DNA from: Convolutriloba macropyga
Taxonomy: Eukaryota
Direction of reading: 5' to 3'
NCBI RefSeq assembly: GCF_964194025.1
Contig: NC_134472.1
Coordinates: 11,470,001-11,534,000, forward strand
DNA: 64,000 nt
Under the pieces are notes generated by a model. That model saw only the letters and a list, made by a program, of their open reading frames with translations. It searched no databases and was not told where the DNA came from. The stretch's first letter is position 1; every line of letters begins with the position of its first letter. Position numbers and translations under genes: made by a program. Shown piece by piece: positions 11,783 through 24,750 of this stretch.

Positions 11783-13475
11783 TTTGCAATGTTTCCACTT
11801 TCGCTTATGTAGCAGAGTTTTTACAGCCTAATTTGATATTTCCGATATTACACAATGATTTTTGCTGAATCTATCTAAATCTATTTGCGGACTTGGACAT
11901 TTAAGCCAATATGGCCTTGTTTTGCTCAGTAAATAATTGGCCGATTGAAAGAATAGGGGACTAAACTTTTTGAAATTTTTCATTTGTATTTTTCACGCAT
12001 TGCCATAAATGCCGTCATATTTCACATTAAAAATTGCTCTATAAAGTTTTGTGATTACCAAATTTAATGTTAAAAAGAGTTCTCCTTTCCCATTATTTTA
12101 AAGAATTTTTTCATATGTGATCTCCTTACGTGGTGCAGAGTTCTTTTGTTTCTTGCAATATCTACATGTTTATATATTACGAACTGTAAACATTTTGTAC
12201 TTCTGATATTTCGAAAAAAAGGAATGGTTTAAATTTGAAAGCTTTCAAAAACTGTATTTAATTGACGGTTTGGTCAATTTTTTTCGACTGTGATTAGAAG
12301 GTATGGTTTGCCATTTAATTTACTCAAAACAAAATTCCTACTAGGTATTTTTAATGAAAAAGAAAGAGATGTCTTTTCAGAAGTTGGAGATTTTCAAATT
12401 AGGTTTTATCAAACCTAGGTAATTTTTGGCCTACTTTTATGGTGAATTCTGTAACTAAGATGATCTGCATATTTTTCACGCTTTTAAGTTTTACAATCAA
12501 AATCGGCAACTGGTTCTCACTCAGTTTGCCCAGATAAGTTCCAAAATCTAGAAACAAAGGGAAACAATTTTTAAAATTTTTAGATGAGATATTGCACGTA
12601 GGTGACAAAAGCACGTAGGTGGCATGCTAGTATAAAAGACAGCAGTTCTTGCAAATAAGTTATACTGTTATGGCTCAATTTACGTTCCGTATTTTACTAT
12701 TATGGTTCAATAATTCTGAGAAATTAGCGGTTAGTCCAAATCTGACTATTGATTCTGGCGATCATACAATATGGTGCCAATAAGGTACGTACACCTGATG
12801 AAACTTCTAAAAAACACTCGCAAACATAAAGAGCAACATTTTGAGTTCAAATCAGTTCTCTGGTAACGAATCCTTACGCCTTTATCTTTTTAAACATCCA
12901 TTAGATGGTTTTGATAGTTTTCATACAAATTTCAAACGACATCTGTGTCTAATTTCCAACGATTTGGATTTAAAATTTTCTTAAAAGGTGCATCAAAATT
13001 ATCCAAAACTTTTTATTGATTCTGGTCGTGACTGTTTGATGATTGCAGTACCTCCAGTCAAAATAATTTTTAAAGAATGCTCACAATTTTTAATCAATGC
13101 ACAGGAGCATAATCTTGTTTTAAGATAGGTTTTAAAAGGCGTTTTCTCATTGCATATTTTAGAATTTTAGAAAATTTCAAGATATTCCAAAAATTTTTTC
13201 CATCTGATCGTGTTTGTCCCAAAATAGACGTTTTTGCGTGTCAGAACACATATTTTTTGCGTTTTTTGTCAAAAATTCTCCAAATAAGAAACCGTTTGTT
13301 GAAGTTATTTCTTTCTCGTACTTAACTCCAATTGAGATTGAGTACTGGGCCAGTATAAATGCGATTCCTCATCATTACTGAACCATAGACTGATTCATGT
13401 CACTTTTCTGACTTGTCAGACTTGCGTTCAGTCTAATTTCACATTGGTCAGACTTGAGCCAAGCGCAAAAATAAA

Positions 13476-13551
13476 GCTCCGTAAGGGGCTCGAACCCAGG
13501 ATCTCGCACTCCCTACATATTTGTGCCTCCTTCTTTTCTGCGCGACCATGA
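13476..13551 (-). pseudogene. tRNA-derived (SINE-head-like) sequence, copy 2
   Basis: Duplicate of 11566-11640 within the tandem duplication. Confidence 0.6.
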
Positions 13552-15226
13552 CTGTTGAAATCCTGACTTTTGCGCCGTTAATATACGCTTTAAAGAATCA
13601 AATTTCAAGCGAGAAAGAGAGTAAAATATATTACATGAGAGACTTGAATTTACAATTGCCCAGTACTGATTTACACTTGGAGTTCGGCACAAGTTTGCAA
13701 TGTTTCCACTTTCGCTTATGTAGCAGAGTTTTTACAGCCTAATTTGATATTTCCGATATTACACAATGATTTTTGCTGAATCTATCTAAATCTATTTGCG
13801 GACTTGGACATTTAAGCCAATATGGCCTTGTTTTGCTCAGTAAATAATTGGCCGATTGAAAGAATAGGGGACTAAACTTTTTGAAATTTTTCATTTGTAT
13901 TTTTCACGCATTGCCATAAATGCCGTCATATTTCACATTAAAAATTGCTCTATAAAGTTTTGTGATTACCAAATTTAATGTTAAAAAGAGTTCTCCTTTC
14001 CCATTATTTTAAAGAATTTTTTCATATGTGATCTCCTTACGTGGTGCAGAGTTCTTTTGTTTCTTGCAATATCTACATGTTTATATATTACGAACTGTAA
14101 ACATTTTGTACTTCTGATATTTCGAAAAAAAGGAATGGTTTAAATTTGAAAGCTTTCAAAAACTGTATTTAATTGACGGTTTGGTCAATTTTTTTCGACT
14201 GTGATTAGAAGGTATGGTTTGCCATTTAATTTACTCAAAACAAAATTCCTACTAGGTATTTTTAATGAAAAAGAAAGAGATGTCTTTTCAGAAGTTGGAG
14301 ATTTTCAAATTAGGTTTTATCAAACCTAGGTAATTTTTGGCCTACTTTTATGGTGAATTCTGTAACTAAGATGATCTGCATATTTTTCACGCTTTTAAGT
14401 TTTACAATCAAAATCGGCAACTGGTTCTCACTCAGTTTGCCCAGATAAGTTCCAAAATCTAGAAACAAAGGGAAACAATTTTTAAAATTTTTAGATGAGA
14501 TATTGCCTCTAAGTGAGTTTTTTAAGGGGCATTTTTTGTGCATAATCAGGAACAAGTAAATGTATTTTTATTAGAATTTTTTTGCGCTATCACCAACTCT
14601 TGTAGTTCGTCGCTTCGAAAAGCTTTTTCTTTAAAATTCTAAGGAGATAATTTTCTTCGAAATACAAAAAAGTTGTTTTTTTTTGAAACTCAAAAATAAG
14701 GCCTTAGATATACGGTAAACTTTTAACTGTCATCGGTGTTAAAAAAGACAGCTGGGGCGTAAAACCTGTGGAATAAATGGATCTAATTTAAGAATTTCAA
14801 CAGATTTTTGTATAGACAACTACTTTTTCTAAGCTATTTTTGAATCATTTAAGACTTTATATGCTTAATTTGAGGCGCATCTTTGCTTGAATAAAAGTTA
14901 CAGAAAAAACAATAAAACAAAATTTTATCGGCAGTGTAATTGAACTTGAAGTTTTATTCGTTGTCAATTTATGTCTTTTCAAACCACATAGTCACTCTTT
15001 TTCAAATTAGTCATAGTTAACGAGATTTTAATTCTGTATGAACAGAAAACTATTAACGTATATTATACGGCAAGCTATGTTCAATAATAAGGATAAGAGG
15101 ATGTGTTGAAAACTAAGTAGAGGTTTCAAATTGCGCTTTGGAAAGGAATTACGAGGTAAAACAGTTTGAGGCATCACAATGGCCTAAACAGTTATATGTT
15201 AGTATGATCTTTCAATGGCACCCCTA

Positions 15227-16154
15227 CCCAGGATGAAGTCCGCGACCCAAGACAGGCATTGGCCAGACCAACTTTGGTCGCGGACAGGGGGGTCCGGTGC
15301 GACCGTCCACAATGATCTGGAAAAAATTTGGGTCGCGCCTTCCGTCTGGCCAATGGCAATTTTAGTCTGTTCGGTCTGGCATATACCCATATTTCGGTCT
15401 GTTCAGTCTGGCCAATACCCATATTTTGTTCTGTTCGGTCTGGCCAATACACATATTTCAGTCTGCTCGGTCTGGCCAAAACCCATTTTTCTGTCTGTTC
15501 GGTCTGGCCAATACCTAATTTCAAGGCCTAGAGGTCCAGCCAAATAAGAGCCAAATTGTATAAATGCGTGCTGTATTGACTGTTTTTCAAAATAGCAGCC
15601 CATAAATGGTAAACGAAATCTACTTCTAGATGATTAGAATACTTCATGGCATTAACCTTCTTTTGAAATTTGCATTTGTCTTTAAATCGACGGTTTTTTT
15701 CAATGATTTCTTTTTAAAATCTCATAATCATTTGTCATTCAAAAAAATGAAACGAATAAATTATAAATTTTATTGGATGCTTATACACGTTTAAATGAGT
15801 CTGGCTAATAGTCTGGCCTAGGATCTCTTCGGTCTGGCCAATGGTCTGGCCTACCGTCTGGACAATGGTCTGGCCTAGGGTCTGTTTGGTCTGGCCATTG
15901 GTCTGGACAACGGTCTGGCCGATGGTCTGGACAACGGTCTGGCCTAAGGTCTGTTCGGTCTGCCCAATGGTCTGGACAATGTCTGGTCAGTCTGGCCAAT
16001 GGTGTCCAAAGTCTCTTCAGTCTGGCCAATGGTGGCCAAAGTCTGCTCGGTCTGGCCAATACCTATCTTTGGGTATTGTCGGTCTGGCCAATGCCTGTTT
16101 TGGGTAAGGTCGGTCTGGCCAATACCTGTCTTGGGTCGCGGACTTCATCCTGGG
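15227..16154. mobile_element. 928-bp non-autonomous DNA transposon with ~43-bp TIRs, TA target duplication and internal repeat arrays
   Basis: TA|CCCAGGATGAAGTCCGCGACCCAAGACAGG(C/T)ATTGGCCAGACC at both ends with 1 mismatch; TA at 15225-15226 and 15155-style TA at 16155-16156. GGTCTGGCCAAT arrays at ~15343-15515 and ~15800-16130. Confidence 0.9.
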
Positions 16155-19100
16155 TATTAGCCACACAAAATAGCCGTCCTTCTTTTGAAAGCGACTAATT
16201 TTTTTTGCTAATGTCAGAGGCGCGTTTTATTTGTTTCAAGTGTATTTGCACCGCACAATAAAACGCTGAACTTTCTCTGCCGTCGCCTTTGCGTAAGCAT
16301 TGTTTGTCAGCCCAAGTGCCATGTGTTATCCTTTGGTGTGAAAATAGTGCTTGTCCTTGGCTGTAATTCAAAACAAGGAGGCATGGTAATGTGCGATTGC
16401 ACGTGATGCTACACCACGCCTCTCATACGCATATTTTGCACACTTTTCTCGCAGAAGGCAAAACTTACGTCACAAATACATGTTGATATTTTGCGCCTTA
16501 AAATTTGATGACTTCCCAACAATTAAAAGATGCGAGAATCAGTAAGGAAATTTCAATTTATTGTTTTTGAGATCAATTAGTTCGAACTCGCTCTCACAAA
16601 CTACAAATTGTGCTCTCAATTCTGCGAAGCCAGGGAAGAACTAATAGTATGATTTTTAATATAAAAAATCCAGTTTCTGAAAACAAAACCCAAACCACTT
16701 TCTTAATTCATGAAAAAGAAAGATTTTACTTTTACTTTTGATTCAATGTCAAAACCAAAACCCATATTTGAATTAGCTATTGTTTTAAAATATAATCAAG
16801 TAAAACATTGTACCCTTCGATCGCGAATATGAGAAAAAATAATTTATCAAAATACGAATAATTGGAAACTGGTTCTCGATTAAGTTCATTAAAAAAATTG
16901 TTTTATTGCGGGAGGATTTCCGATAGGACAGCATGTAGGAATGTTTTATAAGACAGAATCATCTACTCCCTGTCTGGCTATTTTATTTACGCTTTCCGAT
17001 CATAAATGTGTAGCAGCTGCATTGAGCGCAGATGCAAGACTTTCCAGAAATTCAAAGGACGATTTTCGAAGTTGATCTCCTGTATCATCAATATGGACTT
17101 CGCATTGGACTCTTGTCAAGAATTCAAATAGTGTACCTGATAGTGGACAAAATAATGTGCCATAGATAAAAGAGATATATCAATTTGTTACAGGAACATG
17201 AATAAGAAGGATCGTGCATTTTGTTTATTGCTCAACATATATTTCTATCAAGTAAAAGAGAATAGCTGTTCTCGCGAATTGAGAAGTTTTTTCTGGTAGA
17301 GAGAGAAAAGGTTACTAATCTTTGCTAAAACAGTCTTCAGTTTTAATGCGGTGTTTACAAGTATTTTATTGATCCGAGTTGCGGATTTGTTTTATAGCGT
17401 GTAGCAAGCGTTCATTTTCTTGTCTCTGGAATTTCTTCGCCTTTGGAATGACTGTCTGTGGCCAATGATGTCTGGTTGTAGTTACGATTCACTGCAAATC
17501 TGGTAGTGAAGCGATTCACTTTTTTTCATCGTTGCTGTTGAAAGGTTTCTTAGTATAGTTATTCTTGTCACTAAAACTAAAAGTATAAAAGGGTTTGGAG
17601 CTAAAAGTTCTATGTCTAAACAAAATAAGAGATGTGATTTGTGTTTTTTGCGAGTTCTTTTAACGGTTAATGTTTGTTAGCTCACCGGCAGCACCAGTTA
17701 AGACAGACCCTAGTTAGTCTACTTTTACAGCCTTAAAGTATAAAGATCTAGGGCTAATTATTTCTGCGCGCTAATTTGACTTACCTAGTTCTCTCACAAT
17801 AACCGACTCGATAATACAGTGAAGAAAAACTTTAATTATTACGGCGAATAAGGTGCATTACTTCTGAGTCAACATAGGACTTACGTGTACAATGTAGATA
17901 TATAATAGACTGATTAAAATCAGCCGTGCTATCGCTACATATGAAAATATAGAGTCTTCTCGGTGTCTGGTTTGTTGAAGCCGTACCGTCAGTATTTCGT
18001 GTGCTACCCTTTTTTGAAACAATATGTTCTTCATAATTTTTTTTCAATGTTTACAACTGGTTTTTTTTCAACTGGTTCATTTTCTAGTTTAACGTAAACA
18101 ATATCACTAGGTTGCTGAGTTAGTATATCAATTTGCATCCTACGTGTTATTTGATTTGCGTCATTTTTGGAGAGTAAATCCGCAAAATGTTGTTGTAATT
18201 AGGCCAAAACCTAAAAACTGGAGCAACCAATGCAAAACTATCAAACAATTCTTTTAATTCTACAATTCAAGAAAAGTACTTACTTTGATTTAAACTATGA
18301 CTTTAGACTGATCTAGAACATTATGCAAAGAGTTTGATCTGTTTTGGTGACAGAATTGCATCTCTTTCTTAATTTGACTGTAAGTGATCACTTGTTGATA
18401 CTCGGAAATCGTCCATCAAATTGCGAGATTTCAGCTCTAACAGTTTAAAAAACGTTAAACTTTGATAATCTTCATAGGAAGTATCAGAAAACCTTTAAAT
18501 GTCAAAAATAAATCAGAAGTTAATTATGATTGAATAAACTGAAGTGTGATCAAAATGTTCCTAATTTTGTAGAAAGTGCATAACGTCCCCTAGAAAACGA
18601 AGAAAACTAAATCCCTAAGGAAACAAGGAAAAAATTAACAATTAAATCTTTCTACGTTTGAATTGATTTTCATTGATACCACTTAAAATTTTTAGCGACG
18701 AATGAAGTGGTTGACCGCAATCAATTGAGCATAAAGGTGCTCTTGAGCATATAGTCTCAACCCTCTCGCTAATAGCGGGACTGGATGGCTAAATTGAAAC
18801 TTCGCGTCATGTTCATGCCATCTAGAAATAAAAATTAAATTGATGGGCTCGAAAATTCTACGTTAAGAAAAGCGCATTTTTTTAGCTTTTTCACTTATCT
18901 GAGGTTTTTTTTGCGACTGTTTAATTTTGCTGTACATGCCTGCGTCTCTGTGAAAGCGTGAAATACTGTATAATCCGGTCATTTTTTAAAAAATAAATGG
19001 ATAAACAAAGGAGTTATAGTTTCGCAGCGCTGAGATGTTGATTTCCATTATTGTTTTAATGAAATTTTATGCAGATTTTTGCGTTTTTTTTTTGGTTCAT

Positions 19101-20250
19101 TAAAAGAAAAAAGTGAATTAAAGGCGTTGAATTTCAAACATTCAAATACGGCAACATTGATTTTTTCAAGTATTGTATTTTTTAAAGAAGTAAATACGCG
19201 AAGACGAAAGATGAAAATTTCCCAGTTTTGAGCTGTGATGTCATTTGTCACGCAGTGCTTCATATGGAAAAATAACGCACGTTTTTTTGAGACGCGTAAC
19301 TATTAGAGGCTCTCAGCTTAAATTTACTAATAATTCCCCTATAGCCTTTCTTACTATGGTTAAAATATGCCTTATATGCATAACGTTGTAAGGCTCACAG
19401 CCAACGTAGAAAGGAAAAAAGAGTAATATACTCCCACATTTTATACGCTTTTTGCTGTTTTCCGCTATGCCGCGTGTTTTTTCACGCTGTTTTGTAGATC
19501 AATTTTGAATATTTTTCTGTTAAAATTCTCGGCCAAATTGTAGCAAAAAGGTCGGGGGGCTATTACGCTAGTTTAAAACTCGGTTTATTGTAAATTTTTG
19601 TGTTATGTCCCGGAGGGTTTGTGTCTGGGATTATCAATGGGCAAAACGTTATTAATTTGTTCACAGCTATGTCGTTTAGTTTTTCCCTTGATAATGGTAT
19701 CCTAGCAGCATATCTCAAAATTGCCATTATATCTATTCTAAACAATAGTACCCCAACCAAGGGTATGGCTATTTTACACATTACCAATCAAGCATTACTT
19801 TAATTACGTTTTATAATGAACTTCAAAAACTTATTTTGCTAGTTGTTATTGTTTACGGCACCATTTGTGAATAGATTGTTACAAGTTACGACAAGCTCTA
19901 GTAATTTTCATTATTTGACAGACTTTTCTCGTTCTTGTGCTTGCATGAACAAAATTAGCTAGATTGTCAAGGCTCATAGTTTTTACTTTTGCCGAGAGCT
20001 GGCAAATTATTTGCATCATTATTTATTTTTAAAAACAAATCACAATATTCACAATTGGTTGATAAATTATCAAAAAACATTTGAACATACGGTTTAAAAA
20101 TCTGGACGTTTTCTTATTGAAAATTATTATTAATGTCTGAGAAAGCAGTCATAAATCAGCATTAAAATTGCTTTTATTCAAAAACAGTTCTAGTTTGTGA
20201 TTTTTATTCATCTTTTATTACGAATCCATTGAATATAAACAATAATTTCC

Positions 20251-23200
20251 ATGGAAAATTCTTCCAAATTTGATGCAATAACAGCGTCAGATCGCATTAA
20301 CAACAACGAAATTTTATCTACAAGCGGTCTCAAAAAAGGTTCACTGCCAGTTATAAACGGTTTAAACCATGACGTCATAACAAATAACGAAGAAGAACTA
20401 ACAGACTGTGAACAATTCCGGATGATCGACAACTTGCCAGATAGTCTGGACACATCGCGAGAAACAGAGGACGATGGTTCCAAAGCACTTCTAAATGATA
20501 ATATTGACAACGGGAATCTGGTTACTGGCAACTACACTTCAAATCAAGTTTCAGGCCTGTCAAAAATTCCAAATGGCAACGTTGAGGATAGGATTCGCGG
20601 ACACGGTCAAGACACTGCGAACCTTCAAGAAGGGGAGGAGGAGGGTGATGATAATTCGAGGAGCCGCAGAGGTTGCAGGGTTCCGTGGACTTTCTCTCTG
20701 TTCTCTTGTCACAAAAACAGAGACATCTGTCTGTGTACAATGTTCTGTCCATACGTCACGCAATACAGAATAGGTAAAGTTTAATCCTAACAAAATTTTC
20801 AAAACAGGTGCTAGCACTATCAACCCCATTTTTCACAAAAACCTAATTGGAGGAAAAATAAGTTGTTGCAGCGTCTGCTATCATTTTCACAGGTCTGATA
20901 ATAAACCAAAACTGGAAGACGTCAGCCTGGTATAGTGACTGAGTAAACAGATGTAATAAAAGATTTTGTTTCCGACTGTCGGATTTGAAAATACCAAAGA
21001 ACAAAAAATGCGTCCTGACAAAAAATCTAACACATCCCATTGTTCTGACCCAAATTAGGAGTGGGACTAAATGCTTAACTGATTTTTTTTGATCAGTAAT
21101 TTTTGGGCTCTCTATAAATTTCTGGTAGAGCTGCTGGTGGTATCATTAGAAAGCCCGTCAAGCGTAGAATAATTTAACAGGAAACAAAAACAGTCGTAAA
21201 CAACTTTTTTAGTTGCTAGCTAAATCTTTAGATGGCTTTGAAATTATTTGTTAACAGATTTTTGAATCTTAAACCCACTTTGTTATTATTTTGACATCTT
21301 ACGTAACTTAGTCTCATATTAAAGATAGGGCCCTCTGATTTCTCTCAAAGCGTAATTTAATCAGTTTAGTGGTGGTTTAAGTTCTCCTCTACTTGTTTTT
21401 GACTTCGATAGTATTTGTTTTTTTAACTAGTGGATTTCGGATTTGTCTTTTCTATTTAAAAGAGGTTTTATTCTCATTGATAACAAATTTCATAGGGTAT
21501 CGAAAGTTGTTCATTCTATCAATCAGTTTTTCATTTTGTAGCTAATGTTATTTACTAAGAGACTTTTTAGGCTCTAATTTTTTCAAAGATCTTATTTTCA
21601 CTATATGTTATTCGCTTGCTTTGAGATTATTTTTTGCAACTCCGTTGCTTAGTCAAATTAAAAAAACAGAGTTAGTTGTTCCGTAAAACCAAATGGTTTG
21701 AATCAGATTAGATTCTTAGTATTTTATTTGGTGTTTGATTAACATTGAAGCAAATAATTTTCAAAAAATATCAGCTTCCGCCAAATGATTTTTTGCTTTT
21801 TTGTTTTTTTCTCAATATTTTTCTGAAGAAAAACTATTTCTCTTCCCAAAACTTCTCTCGTTTGCCGATTTTTGTGTATGTAGGGCAATTTTCGCTGTTG
21901 TCTTTGTTGATTGTCTCCTTTCATGTATATTACGAACGTCTTATTAAATGAGCAATTTTTTTCGGTGAAATCTAATACTCGACAACTGAATTTGTCTGCG
22001 AGGGAGATCAATTGTTACTGCATTCTCCATGGATTTTTAGGTCAATTATATGATAAATTTTTTAGCAGTAATGAATCATCTTAGGTAATCAATTGGGAGA
22101 TGAACTCTTCGTTTATACTTTTGATATACTCTTCACCGTTTTATCTGACGGTCTGGACTCCATGGTAACCCTAAACAAAAGTAGAGGTAAAACTTGACAA
22201 TTTGGTGCCAAGAGTTGGCCCAAAAGTTTGCTAAGAACACAACCCACGAAAACATTTCCAAAATTCCATTGAAGTCGAGTATGTTACAGAGAGGGTTAAC
22301 AGCAGTTTGGTTTTTGTCTAAAGAATACGCGTTTTCTGATTCATGGTAGCTTCTTCTTATTTTGTTAGAAAGCTCAACTCATACATGACTTCGTAAAAAA
22401 GGACAAAAATATGAAATTTTTGATCATAAACTGCCATTGATAATATTATCAGCTCAGTTGCAATCAATGGAATCAGTCTCACTGCCGTTTTGGAAAAATC
22501 TCGAGTGGTATTTTTCCTGTTCTCGCACCCACTTGCTGCCGTCATTGGTTTACGACCCAAACGGTCACAAAAATTTAAAACTTAACACTCATTTGACAAA
22601 ATATGAAAATGTCACCACTATCAAAAAACACTCCTGTCCTAACAGTTGCTTTCGTTGCATATCTGCCTATGACCTTGTGTCTCTAGCAACCAGCAAGATT
22701 GCGGCCCCATGAATAGCTATAACAGAGACTAATTTAGATAGCATGCTGAAAAGTAGAAGTAACCGATGGTGATGGAAAGTTTTTTTAACTGTCAGAATGG
22801 CCATCCAATTGAGGGTCTCACGATGTGTCTCTAAAATTGCCCAAACTTTTTGATGGAGTCCAAAATAAAAAACAGATTATCAATTTTGCCTTATTTCTGA
22901 GCTTACTATTCGTTCTTCTTGTCCCCAGCTGCTGATAAGGCAAAACCACACTTCTTAGCCGCATTTGCGATGAAGGTTGATTGCAAGGAAGAAGTCACAT
23001 TAACGTCCGATGCTGCTGGCTATTCTTTTTTCCATACATGTAAGAATTTTGCTGTCTGGAATTGCTGTCCGGTACGAAACTCTTCTGCTCAAAGATTGGT
23101 GTCAAATGGGCGCTCGAGCAAACTGTCTCTTATACGATCATAATGAATGATCATATCACCCCGACCAATGCATCACACGGCTTAATTTTCCATTACATCT

Positions 23201-24750
23201 ATAGGTTCAGATTTACGAAGTTCACATTTCTTTCCATCCTCTTACACTTTGACACCCAGTGGTTAATCATGAGCAGCGTATATTAATTCGGGTATATAAA
23301 AAACCCCATAAGTGGAATGAGGGCTTCGGATAACTAGACACCTGATTGACTTGTTGCGGTAGAGAACGAGATAGCGAACGAGCTTTCTCTCTAGTGGAAT
23401 TTTAGTTGAGTTAGTTAGTTTTTCCTTGGTTCAATTTATTGTATTAAAAATTCCTAGCCTAGAAATAATTTTGTAGATTTAAAACAATTTAAGCGGGAGT
23501 GAACTTGTGTCTTGATATTGAAATTTGAAGGATTTGGAACTAGCTTCGATCACAGTGACTAGTCAATTTTGACTGAATAGTTGAGTCTTTGCTTTATTTG
23601 TAATGGGACGAATGATATAAACCGCAATTTCTATTAGGCGAACAGTTTCTGTATAGCCATTAGGGAAAACTTCACAAGTAAAACATAATAAAACATAATG
23701 GAATTGGGACGATGGAATACCAGTTTAAAAACTCATTATTTGTACTTCAAAGTCAAATTGACGTTGTAAAGCCGGTACGTGTTGTTCTTACGTTAAAAGC
23801 GGTTATAGAAAATTGTTGTAAATTGGAAAATTTGAAGAATAAAATAGTGACTTTTAAAAAAACTGATATAGAAGCTCGATATTCGGAAAAAACAGCTAAT
23901 TAGGCAGCAGTTTTCCCATGAAGAGGAGTACTATTGACACTTTATAGTAGCGTCAATTACACTTTGAAGTGCCACCCTTAGTGTTTAGACTAGTTTTCGT
24001 CTAGTTTAAAAAAATTTACTTCAGAACTTTTGCCTAGTGATTACAAAAATTTGCTCTGACCTAATAGTGTTGTTGCCTCTTATCCAGTACCCATTAGTAC
24101 CAATCAATGGTGTAAATATTTTAATTTTTTCCTTGTTTATTTTTGGGATTTTTCCAGGTGCTAATAGTGGAAACCCTAAGCTAGCCCGGTGTCTAGTTGT
24201 GATCGTCATCATCATTATCATCCTCTCCATTCTGCGCATTCTTCCCTTTCTCGCCGACAACCTGCCCCGGGTCACTTCCCTTCTCGGGGTCTCACCAGCC
24301 GACTCAAAATTCCTCGACCTACTTACCCGGTACAAATGGCATATGTATAGTGTAATAGTACCCCTGGCCACGATAGCAGTCGGCATACGTTTGTACATAC
24401 TCGCCAAACTTCGTAAGCAAATCAGAGACGAGCAAAATATCAGAGGCAATTGTTGCTTCGACCATTTATCAATTTTGTTCTGTTTCTGGTGTTCTCTCTG
24501 CCAAATGAAAGGTCAACTGGACTATTTTAAAAAGTGCAACAGCCAGGGTAACCCAGGTGAGAGTGGCAATGATGATATTGATGATGAAAATTTAGTGCAA
24601 GTAATTACGACTAGCCAATTAGCTGACCAAAACATATCTGGACTCCTCATGGACAAGTCGGAGCAGCTGGTGCAAAATGGTACTAAACACCACACAGTTG
24701 TGGTGATGCAAGAGAACAATGCTACAACTCAACAAGATACTAAATGCTAA
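20251..24750 (+). CDS. PLAC8/cornifelin-domain membrane protein, ~371 aa, 2 coding exons
   Basis: Exon 1 is 20251-20773 (donor AG|GTAAAG, phase 1) and exon 2 is 24158-24750 (acceptor TTTTCCAG); they join in frame. PLAC8 motifs: WTFSLFSCHKNRDICLCTMFCPY and LRKQIRDEQNIRGNCCFDHLSILFCFWCSLCQM. Confidence 0.88.
22660..23397 (-). mobile_element. Degenerate 3' part of a CRE-clade (RLE-type) non-LTR retrotransposon in the PLAC8-gene intron
   Basis: Minus-strand motifs in order: REKARSLS; LGVKV*EDGKKCEL..SEPIDVM...CIGRGDMIIHYDRIRD (zinc knuckle plus RHD); CSSAHLTPIFEQ; AASDVNVTSSLQ...AAKKCGFALSAAGDKK; LVSVIAIHGAAILLVAR. These match the CRE restriction-like endonuclease domain, with stops and frameshifts. 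Confidence 0.8.

Larger units (their letters stand above)
10695..14506 (+). repeat. Recent tandem duplication, ~1.9-kb unit x2 (10695-12595; 12605-14506)
   Basis: The copies differ at only ~8-10 sites by eye; period 1910; a 9-bp insert ACGTAGGTG sits at the junction (12596-12604). Confidence 0.97.

Noticed and set aside
15192-16107. Cluster of overlapping ORFs on both strands
   Set aside because: By-products of stop-poor GC-rich tandem repeats; repetitive peptides with no domain.
15343-16130. CRISPR-like look of the GGTCTGGCCAAT arrays
   Set aside because: The spacers resemble each other, the units derive from the element's TIR, the context is eukaryotic and there are no cas genes.
24037-24157. 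N-terminal 40 aa of the 237-aa ORF
   Set aside because: Intronic polypyrimidine tract ahead of the acceptor at 24157; non-ATG start.
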